DNA of 53,262 nt from a virus (taxonomy: Duplodnaviria; Caudoviricetes). The stretch covers positions 1 through 53,262 of IMG/VR virus record IMGVR_UViG_3300013285_000020. The stretch is one strand, 5' to 3'. Numbering within the stretch: the stretch's first letter is position 1; every line of letters starts with the position of its first letter. A model generated the notes under the pieces. That model worked only from the letters and a program-made list of their open reading frames with translations. It was not told the origin of the DNA and did not search any database. This document shows positions 9,562 to 18,382 of the stretch, piece by piece. The translations under genes were made by a program, and so were the position numbers.

Positions 9562-10217
9562 ACAAAGTCTGCATCGTATACGTGACATGTTCGGTGTAAG
9601 TCACTTTCATGTGTGCCTACAGCATGCCACACTTCTGGCAAGTGTAGTATCAGTTCACCCTCTACAGGTGTAATGTAATGTCTATCTTCTTCTGAGTATT
9701 CACTTAAATCAGTATATTCTCTACCATTGTTAATTACAATAAGTTTAGACGCATTGGGCGGAACATCAATATAAAATATTCCCACAATGTCAGGTCGAAA
9801 GTTAACGTAACTATAATTAGTTAACTCAGCAATGTATTCATCAACTTTGATATGCTGATGGCATTTACCGTTGGCTCCTTTAAACATTCTATTAGCCCAT
9901 GAACGCTTGAACTTAACTTTATTGCCAGGATTATCTATGCCTAATAATTCTTTAGCTGCCACCATTTGTTGTTCAATCCAAGCATTAAGCTCACTTGCCC
10001 CTGGCAAGTTTGCCACTTCAAGATATTCCATACCAACAGTGGTCAGTCCATTACCTTGTTGAGAATTTTGTTTTAATGAGCCCAAACGTTTGCGTTTGAC
10101 ATTGGGCATATTTAATACGTGATTAACTGCCTTAGTCAAGTCATTATTTTTATAAAGATTAACATCTGTGCATTGGACTCTTACAATAGTGTTGTCAAAT
10201 GCTTTTTCAATTCTCAT
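9558..10217 (-). CDS. 2OG-Fe(II) oxygenase (TIGR02466-like), paralog of the downstream gene
   Basis: SWAN, HQH, GIFYI, EGELILH, WHAV and R motifs; shares NLYKN and LPGA segments with 9040-9561. Confidence 0.75.
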   Translation of the reverse strand: MRIEKAFDNTIVRVQCTDVNLYKNNDLTKAVNHVLNMPNVKRKRLGSLKQNSQQGNGLTTVGMEYLEVANLPGASELNAWIEQQMVAAKELLGIDNPGNKVKFKRSWANRMFKGANGKCHQHIKVDEYIAELTNYSYVNFRPDIVGIFYIDVPPNASKLIVINNGREYTDLSEYSEEDRHYITPVEGELILHLPEVWHAVGTHESDLHRTCHVYDADFV

Positions 10218-11737
10218 ATATTTTTTAGATGTTCAATGTATTCGTAGTGATCAAGTGCGTTTTCAGATTCAGACTCAAGCAATGCTTTCAACTTTAATTC
10301 TGATTGTTCAGGATCAAACGTTTTATATTTGTCCAACTCACGTTCAGCAACATTGGGCTTGAAATATCCAATGCCTGCACCAACCATGTGCCAACTATAA
10401 ATTGCAAAAGGATTTAGTGGTTCTGTTTTTGGTGGCGATATTACTAAATTAAGATAGTCGTATTCACGTTGTTTAGGAATTGTTTTGCCGGCCACTTCAT
10501 TAAACTTAGAAACAAAATCTGGAGTTGTATTTCGTTCTTTAAACTGCGTCCAAAACTCTGTATCAGTTCTCTTTGATAGGTAATGGAAATGAATGAAACT
10601 TAAAATATGATCATTCATTAATTTCATTTCTGCATTGAACTTTTCAATGTACTGAGTCCTTGGTGCGCCAAATGCTGGTATCTGTTTAATAGTAGCGCCA
10701 AACCCACGCAGAGCAAATGTACTTACTTGAATAGATGTTGCTTCTAGCGGTTCAACAAAACTTGAACTTAATCCAATAGCCACACAATTATTAATCCATG
10801 TTTGTTGATACGCACCAGGATCAAAGTTAAATGCTCTCGGAATAGTTGGTTCATATCCTAAATATTCAGTAAGCTCTTTTTTAATTTCTTCGTCACTAAC
10901 TAACCTAGAATCAAAAACATAACCACAACCAAGTCTACCCTGGACTGGAATCTTCCACATCCAACCATACTTCATGGCAACAGATTCAGTGTAGGGAGGA
11001 ATGTCAGTGGTAGGGTTGTCAATAAAGAATGGCACCGCACGATTTACTGGCAAACTTGCTGAGTAGCTTTTCCACTCTGCCTTGTAATGATTGCCAATAA
11101 TTAATCTTTTAAATCCTGTACAGTCAAATACAAATCCAGCTTCAATAGTGTTACCAGACTTCAAATTGAATCCTGTAATATCGCCATTTTTCTTAGTAAG
11201 TATTTCTACAACTTCATCGTCAACCAATTCAATGCCTCTAGATTTACCAACATTTTCTAAATACTGTGCTAACAAATTGGCATCAAAGTGTAAGGCACAC
11301 ACACCTAATTCTTTATGTTCTTTGTTAAATTTGACCTTATTTTTTTCTGATATAACAGATGTAAATTGTAAGTCACTTAGTGTTTGATTTTTAGATATCT
11401 TGTTAAGATACAGAGGCATGGCATCAAACTTGGGACTAGGTGGGCGACCCAAATGATCTTGAAAGGGATGATAATAGTGTGTACCATCACCGTTCCAATT
11501 GGTGAACTTGATACCATTTTTAAAGGTACCTTTGGCATGTTTAATAATGCCGTCTACTGGCACATCGATCTCATCTAAAAATTTTAAGAAATCCCAATTA
11601 GTGCCTTCCCCTGCACCTAGTATGCCAATTGTACTGCTGGCAATGACTGTAACTTCGCAATATGGAACATGTTTTTTTACATATAATGCAGTGAGCCATC
11701 CGGCAGTGCCGCCACCCACTACTACGAATTTCATCAT
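10214..11737 (-). CDS. Flavin-dependent tryptophan-halogenase-family enzyme
   Basis: GGGTAGW FAD loop, GAGEGT, GTFKNGIKF (catalytic Lys region), WMWKIP (WxWxIP) and FVEPLEATSI. Confidence 0.9.
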   Translation of the reverse strand: MMKFVVVGGGTAGWLTALYVKKHVPYCEVTVIASSTIGILGAGEGTNWDFLKFLDEIDVPVDGIIKHAKGTFKNGIKFTNWNGDGTHYYHPFQDHLGRPPSPKFDAMPLYLNKISKNQTLSDLQFTSVISEKNKVKFNKEHKELGVCALHFDANLLAQYLENVGKSRGIELVDDEVVEILTKKNGDITGFNLKSGNTIEAGFVFDCTGFKRLIIGNHYKAEWKSYSASLPVNRAVPFFIDNPTTDIPPYTESVAMKYGWMWKIPVQGRLGCGYVFDSRLVSDEEIKKELTEYLGYEPTIPRAFNFDPGAYQQTWINNCVAIGLSSSFVEPLEATSIQVSTFALRGFGATIKQIPAFGAPRTQYIEKFNAEMKLMNDHILSFIHFHYLSKRTDTEFWTQFKERNTTPDFVSKFNEVAGKTIPKQREYDYLNLVISPPKTEPLNPFAIYSWHMVGAGIGYFKPNVAERELDKYKTFDPEQSELKLKALLESESENALDHYEYIEHLKNI

Positions 11738-12411
11738 TTTGTATCCTTATATTCTTTTATTCGATCAGCAACATAGTCTACTATAACTTGATGTGTGCTG
11801 GTGCTAAGGTAATGGGCTTTTATGACAGCAACACCTATCGCATCTTTTCCGCCTAAGTATGTTGTAAATGTATCAGTGCCAAAATAGCAATACCCATAAT
11901 ATGCTTCATCAGTATCTAGATGCTGTAATACCTGTGTGCTTAGATACTTGTAAAATGTTACAGTGTTGGTTACTGTACTAAGTTTTAATACTAATTCCTT
12001 TAACTGTCCATCAGCTTTATTGAAATCTTCAGGAATATTAGAGAACCCAAACAGAGGATGAATCCTCCGTGTTGTAGGGTCAGCGTATGCAATTATAGAG
12101 TCAAGTTCAAGACCAAACGTGTTAGGGTTATCAAAATTAGTTAACGGCCATAGCTGATCTATTGGAGGTTGCCAACCAGGTTGTGGTGGCTGACCGTAGT
12201 AAATATCTGGGAGAATAATCTTAGCGGTGCCTGATTTGTTAATTGATGGATCATTTAATGATATAGAAAAGAATAAAGGGTTAGCAATACTCATTGGTAA
12301 CATAGGCAAGTAATCACTAGGAACATTATCAACTGTCACTGCCGTAATTCTAGAATCACTCTCAAGCCAATTGATGTATGTTTGTAATTCTGGAGTAATT
12401 GATACCGACAT
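11734..12411 (-). CDS. Hypothetical protein within the rSAM/halogenase cluster
   Basis: 225-aa ORF coupled to both neighbours (1-nt gap and ATGA overlap); no recognisable motif. Confidence 0.65.
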   Translation of the reverse strand: MSVSITPELQTYINWLESDSRITAVTVDNVPSDYLPMLPMSIANPLFFSISLNDPSINKSGTAKIILPDIYYGQPPQPGWQPPIDQLWPLTNFDNPNTFGLELDSIIAYADPTTRRIHPLFGFSNIPEDFNKADGQLKELVLKLSTVTNTVTFYKYLSTQVLQHLDTDEAYYGYCYFGTDTFTTYLGGKDAIGVAVIKAHYLSTSTHQVIVDYVADRIKEYKDTK

Positions 12412-12412
12412 A

Positions 12413-13882
12413 TTAACCTTCTATTTTTATTTTACCATACACTTCGACATCGTCAATAGTTCCAACTTTTTCTGTTACAACCTTAATTGGTACAATCTTG
12501 CGTTTCTTTTCAGACTTATGTTCAAATAACATACCCCATACATCTTGACGATCCAATGGTAACGTATCAGACATGATATGTACTGGAACATATCCTCTGG
12601 TAATTTTTTCAAAAGCTAATGCAAATAATGCAATGTTATCCGAATATGCGTTGGCACAAGTAATGTCCCAATTAGCACCGTCCAAGTACATACAGCTACC
12701 TTGACATAGATGTAACACAGGGCACTCACTACATTTAATTTCGTGTGTTCTTGCTTTCCAATGTGTTACAGATTTTAATGCAACATTGTCATAGTCTGCT
12801 AAGTTTCCACCGTAATGGCTTTCACCATTCTTACTGGTCTCAACAATGCTAACGTTTTGACAAGTTACCACATTACCTTTTAAATCTACAGCCAATGTGT
12901 TTTCGTTATCCATTCCACATTTTTGATTTACATATTTAGATTCTCTGTGATTTAGAACACCATTAGTAAAATTATCAAGTTTACTAAATGTTAGATAAAA
13001 ATTAATACTACTATTATCTGTCTGCGTATTGTAAATATCTGAAAACGCTTGGCGTCTATATGCAAAATGTTCTTCAGGAGTTTGTAAACAATTTTCAGAG
13101 GCGGCATCATCGTATGCATCAATAAATCCACCTTCTCCAATGTTTACACTAGGGTCTCCAGTTAGATTTACAAACCAATCATACACTGCTTTACGGCTAG
13201 TATTTTTATTATTCATCATGGCATTGAAGCTAACACGTCCCAACGGTTTCATTACTTTGTAAAACTCTAAGATAATTTCTTTTTGTTTTGGGTCATCAAA
13301 CGGATCTGGTCCACGAACAAACTGACCAGGACCATCGTGGCTTATGCCTACTGAAAATCCCATGTAGTACAGCCAAGAACAAATCTCACGAGTAAGAATA
13401 CTGCCGTTAGTTACAATACTAAAATTAAGTTTATCTTCCCAGTCCTCAAATTTTTCTTGAAGTGCTTCAGCCAATGGTTTCAAAGTTTTCCAATAAACTA
13501 AAGGTTCACCACCCCAAAACTCAACTCTCAAGCCTTGTTCTTTGGAAAATTCTAAATTCTCTAACTTGGACATAAAATCTTCAATATCTTTTTTACTAGT
13601 CTCTGGTGGACGTTCAACATATCGTTGTGAGCAGTATTCGCAAGAATAGTTACAACTTAATCCTAATTGTATCTTGAGTGTCGTAATTAATTTAGATTTT
13701 TTAAGTGGAGTATCTTTGTTAAACGGTACTGACTCAGGCATTTTTCCAAAAGTACCACCTGGTTTTGGATACTCCCATACAAACCCAGTTTCATCTGATA
13801 TAGTATTTGAATCGTTATCGTAAAAGAATATTTTACGATTAGTTGTGTCGCTTAACAGCTCTGCTTCTATTTTAAATTTCAT
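12413..13882 (-). CDS. Radical SAM/SPASM-domain peptide/protein maturase
   Basis: CNYSCEYC (CxxxCxxC), FWGGEP, TNG and ISHDGP; C-terminal KCG...TCQ...CSECPVLHLCQGSC...C SPASM Cys pattern. Likely ATG at 13882. Confidence 0.9.
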   Translation of the reverse strand: MKFKIEAELLSDTTNRKIFFYDNDSNTISDETGFVWEYPKPGGTFGKMPESVPFNKDTPLKKSKLITTLKIQLGLSCNYSCEYCSQRYVERPPETSKKDIEDFMSKLENLEFSKEQGLRVEFWGGEPLVYWKTLKPLAEALQEKFEDWEDKLNFSIVTNGSILTREICSWLYYMGFSVGISHDGPGQFVRGPDPFDDPKQKEIILEFYKVMKPLGRVSFNAMMNNKNTSRKAVYDWFVNLTGDPSVNIGEGGFIDAYDDAASENCLQTPEEHFAYRRQAFSDIYNTQTDNSSINFYLTFSKLDNFTNGVLNHRESKYVNQKCGMDNENTLAVDLKGNVVTCQNVSIVETSKNGESHYGGNLADYDNVALKSVTHWKARTHEIKCSECPVLHLCQGSCMYLDGANWDITCANAYSDNIALFALAFEKITRGYVPVHIMSDTLPLDRQDVWGMLFEHKSEKKRKIVPIKVVTEKVGTIDDVEVYGKIKIEG

Positions 13883-13901
13883 TTCAATCCTATTATTTTT
13901 A

Positions 13902-14384
13902 TTACCAGCATGCACAATCTAAGTTACATGCACACGCACAAATCCACGGGCAATCACAATTACACGCATATGTATAACTGGTTATGTTACAATTAAATGT
14001 ACATGCACAATTACAATTTCCTTGTAGCCAAGCTCTTGTATCGTTGACAGGAGTGAAGTCTACACCATTTACCAACGGATCAGTGTGGCAGTTTTGGCTA
14101 CCGTTATTTCCACAGTTGCTACAGTTGCCGTTGTCCGCTCCTACATTTGCATTATTGCAGTTGGAGTTTCGTATGTTATTATTGTAATACGCCCACCCAG
14201 TACCACCTTGGGCAGGTGGCGCAGGGGAGTTTTGATCGTACCATTGCAACGGAATGTTTGCGGTTGGATATTCTGGCGGGCGAGTGACTGCTAATACGTC
14301 AGTCAATGCGGTTCTGCGAGTTGGGTTTCCTGTAACTTCGTTACTAATATCCCCGATAGATAGTGTTCCAATTGGTAATGTCAT
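13902..14384 (-). CDS. Cys-rich protein, putative substrate/precursor of the rSAM cluster
   Basis: 16 Cys, 12 of them in the last 37 residues (CNCACTFNC...CNCDCPWICACACNLDCACW); lies immediately upstream of the rSAM gene. Confidence 0.75.
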   Translation of the reverse strand: MTLPIGTLSIGDISNEVTGNPTRRTALTDVLAVTRPPEYPTANIPLQWYDQNSPAPPAQGGTGWAYYNNNIRNSNCNNANVGADNGNCSNCGNNGSQNCHTDPLVNGVDFTPVNDTRAWLQGNCNCACTFNCNITSYTYACNCDCPWICACACNLDCACW

Positions 14385-14409
14385 AGTAGTTTAAGCTCTA
14401 AATATGTAT

Positions 14410-14988
14410 TTATGCGGGTAAACTACCGTTGTGTATATTGGCTGCTATACTTACTCTATCCTCTTTTGATAGGTTAGTATCTACCATGTGAGCAAGATAT
14501 CCTGGAAAAATTACCAACTTACCAGGCGTAGGTTCGATACGTTTGTAAACAACACCATTTAATTTTCTAGGATGTTTGGAGTCACTAACCCAGTCCCAAT
14601 TAATTGTACCCCTCGGATCTACTAATAGCAAATCTCCAGAATTTTTTGGAACTTTGGCATAATATGTAGTAACCAACATCACGTGTGGATGGGCATGCAA
14701 TAAAAGATTTTCCCCCGGCTTGGTACGATGACCCCATCCATCAATTAATCTAGGATTATAAGGATGGAAGGGGGGGAAGTAGGGTTTAACAGTCAACTCT
14801 AAACATTTGAATATTGTTTCTTTTAATGTATTAATTGAATAACAATCTTTATCCCATATGTTGTACTGAACACCTTTGTTGGCTATTTCAGCAATATCGT
14901 TCATTAGGATAGTGTTAAAGTAATCATCAAACCCAGTATCAATCTCCCATACTGGTGTTGCCCAAAATTCATTCTTAACTATATTCAT
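14410..14988 (-). CDS. 2OG-Fe(II) oxygenase (TIGR02466-like)
   Basis: FWATPVW, HAH, SGDLLLVDPR, GKLVIFPGYLAHMV and RVSIAAN. Confidence 0.85.
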   Translation of the reverse strand: MNIVKNEFWATPVWEIDTGFDDYFNTILMNDIAEIANKGVQYNIWDKDCYSINTLKETIFKCLELTVKPYFPPFHPYNPRLIDGWGHRTKPGENLLLHAHPHVMLVTTYYAKVPKNSGDLLLVDPRGTINWDWVSDSKHPRKLNGVVYKRIEPTPGKLVIFPGYLAHMVDTNLSKEDRVSIAANIHNGSLPA

Positions 14989-15544
14989 AGCTTATTCCTT
15001 CGCATATTAGATTCATTTGAACAACGATGGCCATTGCATAAGCAATTGCATGGGCCTTTTTAAAGAAGTAATCATCAGTAGTCGGTCGGGTCCACACTTC
15101 CTTCATTATCGTCGTCCAGTCCTTCCCAATCAAATATCTCTTGGCTGGCCGAATCATTGCTAGGACCGCACTTAATTGTTCCACGGAAGTAGGGCAAGTC
15201 TGCCTCAATACCGTCCCATGCCCGTTCAAATGAAATAACAGATTCACGAAGTCGTCTTGTAAAAGTAAATCCCATAGTGGTTCAGTCTCCATTAGTCTGA
15301 TCAGATGTTCTTCATTTCTAACATCTTTATAAACACTGACATTCAAAAAATCTATTTTAAAATATCCCCTAGTATCTGCATCTTTATAATTGATACTTGA
15401 GTTGCCAGTTAGTGGGTTAACTGGAATTTGATGACAGTATACACCGGTGTTATGTTTCTTTCCATCTTCTAATGTCGCAGGAATGTGCTTGATAATATCA
15501 AGTATCTTAGTTCTATCAGGAAAGTCTAAATCAATATCCGGCAT
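14975..15544 (-). CDS. Miniature DNA polymerase III alpha (DnaE)-like catalytic protein
   Basis: MPDIDLDF, KHNTGVY, GYFKIDFL, LAMIRPA and FFKKAHAIAYA correspond to conserved DnaE motifs, within only 189 aa. Confidence 0.8.
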   Translation of the reverse strand: MPDIDLDFPDRTKILDIIKHIPATLEDGKKHNTGVYCHQIPVNPLTGNSSINYKDADTRGYFKIDFLNVSVYKDVRNEEHLIRLMETEPLWDLLLQDDFVNLLFHLNGHGTVLRQTCPTSVEQLSAVLAMIRPAKRYLIGKDWTTIMKEVWTRPTTDDYFFKKAHAIAYAMAIVVQMNLICEGISYEYS

Positions 15545-16313
15545 TTCTTATCTCATCGTAACTTGGCGCATAATTGCCTCGGTGCTGTACAGTAATACTC
15601 GAGGCGACATTAGCAAATATTATAGCATTTTCTGCGCTCTTTGTAAAGAGAAATTGCACAGCCAACGAAGCCAAAAATGTATCACCGGCTCCACAAACAT
15701 CACTAACTTCAACTTTTTTGGCAGGATAAAGTGTACCTCGCCACGCCGCACCATCGCCGCCATGTGTAACAATAAGTTCTGAGTGTGTAGGGTGTGAAGT
15801 CAATCTACTAAACTCTAATTGATTAATTTTGATGATTGCTCCTTTGATTTGAGCAAGGTCAGTTTTCTTTGTATCAATGAATACGGGGCCTTCAAAGTTG
15901 TTGATTACATTTTGAATATTTTCGTAGGTTATATAACCTTTGTTGTAGTCACTGATAATAACTGCATCAAACATATCTAAGGTATACCCTCCCAATGTAC
16001 CATCCCATGGTTGAACTTCTGGTTCATCATCAACACGTAACATATGCTGACCGGAACGTTTGTCTATATATCGAGTTTTTGTAATCAGTTCATCATTGGT
16101 AACAAACACCACTGAGCAGTTTAGGTTTACTAAATTTTTATTAACGTTATCTGCCATTCCTGGAACATCGTATGTTTCTACAATTTTAATTACAGGTACA
16201 GGAGCCTCAGGGCTTAGTCTATCTATGGTACCAATTTTGTACCTATCAACACAATTATCCCCGATTAATAATATCTTGAATGGTGTTTGTAGTTGAGTGT
16301 CCTGTGTGGGCAT
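15531..16313 (-). CDS. Heptose-7-phosphate kinase (HldE/RfaE domain I, PfkB family)
   Basis: RLSPEAPVPV, TKTR, ISDYNKG and DVCGAGDTF. Confidence 0.88.
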   Translation of the reverse strand: MPTQDTQLQTPFKILLIGDNCVDRYKIGTIDRLSPEAPVPVIKIVETYDVPGMADNVNKNLVNLNCSVVFVTNDELITKTRYIDKRSGQHMLRVDDEPEVQPWDGTLGGYTLDMFDAVIISDYNKGYITYENIQNVINNFEGPVFIDTKKTDLAQIKGAIIKINQLEFSRLTSHPTHSELIVTHGGDGAAWRGTLYPAKKVEVSDVCGAGDTFLASLAVQFLFTKSAENAIIFANVASSITVQHRGNYAPSYDEIRNAGY

Positions 16314-16650
16314 AAAATTTTATCTCTTTGCAATATTCTTGACCAATAATTGGTCTGTATCTGTAATCGGCGCCCTTAACCATAATGTCAGGTTCATAAA
16401 TTTTTATCATGTCTTCTAACTGTTCGTCGGTATCAAACACATAAACTCGAGTTACACCTTTGACGCACTCCAACATAAATTTTCTATCTTCTTGATTATT
16501 AATAGGACGGCTTTCGCCTTTTAATTCCTTAACTCTGCGATCACTATCTATTGCTACAACTAGTGCCTCGCCTAGACCTGCGGCATATTGTAACAGCTCT
16601 AAATGGCCGCGGTGAAGTATGTCAAAAGTTCCGTTAACAAATATTTTCAT
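16255..16650 (-). CDS. Heptose-1-phosphate adenylyltransferase (HldE/RfaE domain II, cytidylyltransferase fold)
   Basis: NGTFDILHRGH, LKGESRPIN, VKGADY and HSTT. Confidence 0.88.
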   Translation of the reverse strand: MKIFVNGTFDILHRGHLELLQYAAGLGEALVVAIDSDRRVKELKGESRPINNQEDRKFMLECVKGVTRVYVFDTDEQLEDMIKIYEPDIMVKGADYRYRPIIGQEYCKEIKFYAHTGHSTTNTIQDIINRG

Positions 16651-17423
16651 GGTTTATAGTATGCATTTAGTTTAGTCAAATCAGCGCAGGTATACTTTTG
16701 ATATTGTCGCTTGATGTCTTCTGGCATGGGTATAAATTCAATCTTAGCATCATGTTCTGCGGCAATTTGTTCTGCCAGCTGTAAGAAAGATTTTGGATCA
16801 CCTGTACCAATATTCCACACACCTGACTCTGTGCGAGACCACATTTTTTTGTGAACATCAATTACTTTTTCCACAGGAACAAAATCTCTGAAAAAGTATT
16901 CACTGCCTTCAAAAACTTTGATCACACCAGTCTCTTTGGCCTGCTTGGTAAATTTGTGATAGGGACTTGCTTGGTCACCTTTATGATCTTCATGTGGACC
17001 ATATACATTAAAATACCTAAACCCCTGCACACGTATTTTAAATTCACGTTGCATATTGAGTGCATATCGTTCAAATAACAATTTACTCCAGGCGTACGGG
17101 CTCATTGGAGCAGGTGGTGCTTTTTCACTAAAATTTAAACCAAGGCCATAAACGCTTGCTGAACTAGCATACTGAAAATTAACTCCAGCGTGATGGCACG
17201 TTGCAACTAGAAATCGACTAAAGTCATAATTTTGTTCAAGTACTTTGTTGACATCAGTTTCTGTAGTTGAACTGACAGCACCCAAATGTATGCACAAATC
17301 GTGCCCAGCCACATCTGGTATTTCCTCGCCCCACTCATATAGAGTTAACTCATGATCGTCTTTAAGAGCATTGACCATATTTTGGCCGATAAACCCCTTA
17401 TATCCAGTAATATAAATCTTCAT
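16647..17423 (-). CDS. hldD: ADP-L-glycero-D-manno-heptose 6-epimerase
   Basis: TGYKGFIG, HLGAVSSTTE, YASSASVYG, YAWSK, FRYFNVYGPHEDHKG and YQKYTCAD. Confidence 0.85.
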   Translation of the reverse strand: MKIYITGYKGFIGQNMVNALKDDHELTLYEWGEEIPDVAGHDLCIHLGAVSSTTETDVNKVLEQNYDFSRFLVATCHHAGVNFQYASSASVYGLGLNFSEKAPPAPMSPYAWSKLLFERYALNMQREFKIRVQGFRYFNVYGPHEDHKGDQASPYHKFTKQAKETGVIKVFEGSEYFFRDFVPVEKVIDVHKKMWSRTESGVWNIGTGDPKSFLQLAEQIAAEHDAKIEFIPMPEDIKRQYQKYTCADLTKLNAYYKP

Positions 17424-17644
17424 TAAATTACCCTACCTAATCCTAACCAAATAAGTTGATCTAATTCTGTTTGATAATCTTGGCCAAGTCTACGTTTTTC
17501 ATAAATTGACTGTAGCACTTCTTTGCCATCGCCATAATCCATAACACCAGACCCACGTGACTCTAATTCTTCAATTAGATCATCTGTTTCAAAGTCGCTC
17601 AAATCGACGTCTACCTCAACTTCTGTGTAAATTGTTTTGTACAT
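17423..17644 (-). CDS. Small acidic hypothetical protein
   Basis: 73-aa ORF coupled to both neighbours. Confidence 0.6.
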   Translation of the reverse strand: MYKTIYTEVEVDVDLSDFETDDLIEELESRGSGVMDYGDGKEVLQSIYEKRRLGQDYQTELDQLIWLGLGRVI

Positions 17645-17645
17645 A

Positions 17646-18005
17646 TTAACCTTTCTGGCTGTCGCCTTTTGCTACTCTAAAATTATCTTCAACACTGTCT
17701 GGTGTACTTACTTCAATAATAGTGCCAGCTTCCTGACAAATTAATTGGTGGGGTTTGCATGGTTCATTGTGCCACACATCACCCGGTTTAAGATATACGC
17801 TATGCTCGTCGGCAGTTTTTGTGTCAATCCATTTAACAAAAAATAAGCCGTCTAATACATACCATGTTTCTTCTTTAAACTGATGAAAGTGCATACTAAA
17901 TTTTGCACCAGTATTAAACTTCATCAGTTTACCACAGTACTTGTCATTGGTAGCCCAGATGTTTTCTGCGCCCCATCCCTTTTCTACATAACCTTCTAAT
18001 CTCAT
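17646..18005 (-). CDS. Cupin-fold protein (sugar-phosphate-isomerase-like)
   Basis: KGWG, SMHFH..KEETWYV, PHQL and IEVST motifs. Confidence 0.75.
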   Translation of the reverse strand: MRLEGYVEKGWGAENIWATNDKYCGKLMKFNTGAKFSMHFHQFKEETWYVLDGLFFVKWIDTKTADEHSVYLKPGDVWHNEPCKPHQLICQEAGTIIEVSTPDSVEDNFRVAKGDSQKG

Positions 18006-18382
18006 AATTCACCACTTTCTGCTAATTTTAACATTAGGCTGTACTGTTCGTATGCCTTTTTTACTGCTGGATATTTGTCTCGCAAATATCTTTCGAGTTC
18101 TTTTTGTTCCATTAACGTTTCAAACATTCTATAATGGCCTTGTTTCTTCATGTTGTTAAACACTTCTGATTCAAAGTTTGCAATACGTTCTAATTCACTT
18201 TCTGCAATTTCTACAGTATACAACGGTTCACTATCAGTTACAATATGTTCATATACTCGATTAAAGTCCATGGGATCTTTAAAGTAATTTATATTGACTT
18301 TGTGATACTTGCTTGCTCGTTTGTTTGTATCAAGCACACGAACGCTGTGGTGATGGCAAAATTCTTTTAGATTGTCACTCAT
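18002..18382 (-). CDS. Hypothetical protein
   Basis: 126-aa ORF with ATGA overlaps on both sides. Confidence 0.65.
   Translation of the reverse strand: MSDNLKEFCHHHSVRVLDTNKRASKYHKVNINYFKDPMDFNRVYEHIVTDSEPLYTVEIAESELERIANFESEVFNNMKKQGHYRMFETLMEQKELERYLRDKYPAVKKAYEQYSLMLKLAESGEL

Noticed and set aside
13902-14384. Simple metallothionein
   Set aside because: Not excluded, but the long Cys-free N-terminal region, aromatic residues and adjacency to a SPASM enzyme favour a maturase substrate.
14975-15544. dnaE pseudogene or intein-split dnaE
   Set aside because: The frame is intact with catalytic motifs and coupled neighbours; no split-intein termini are visible.
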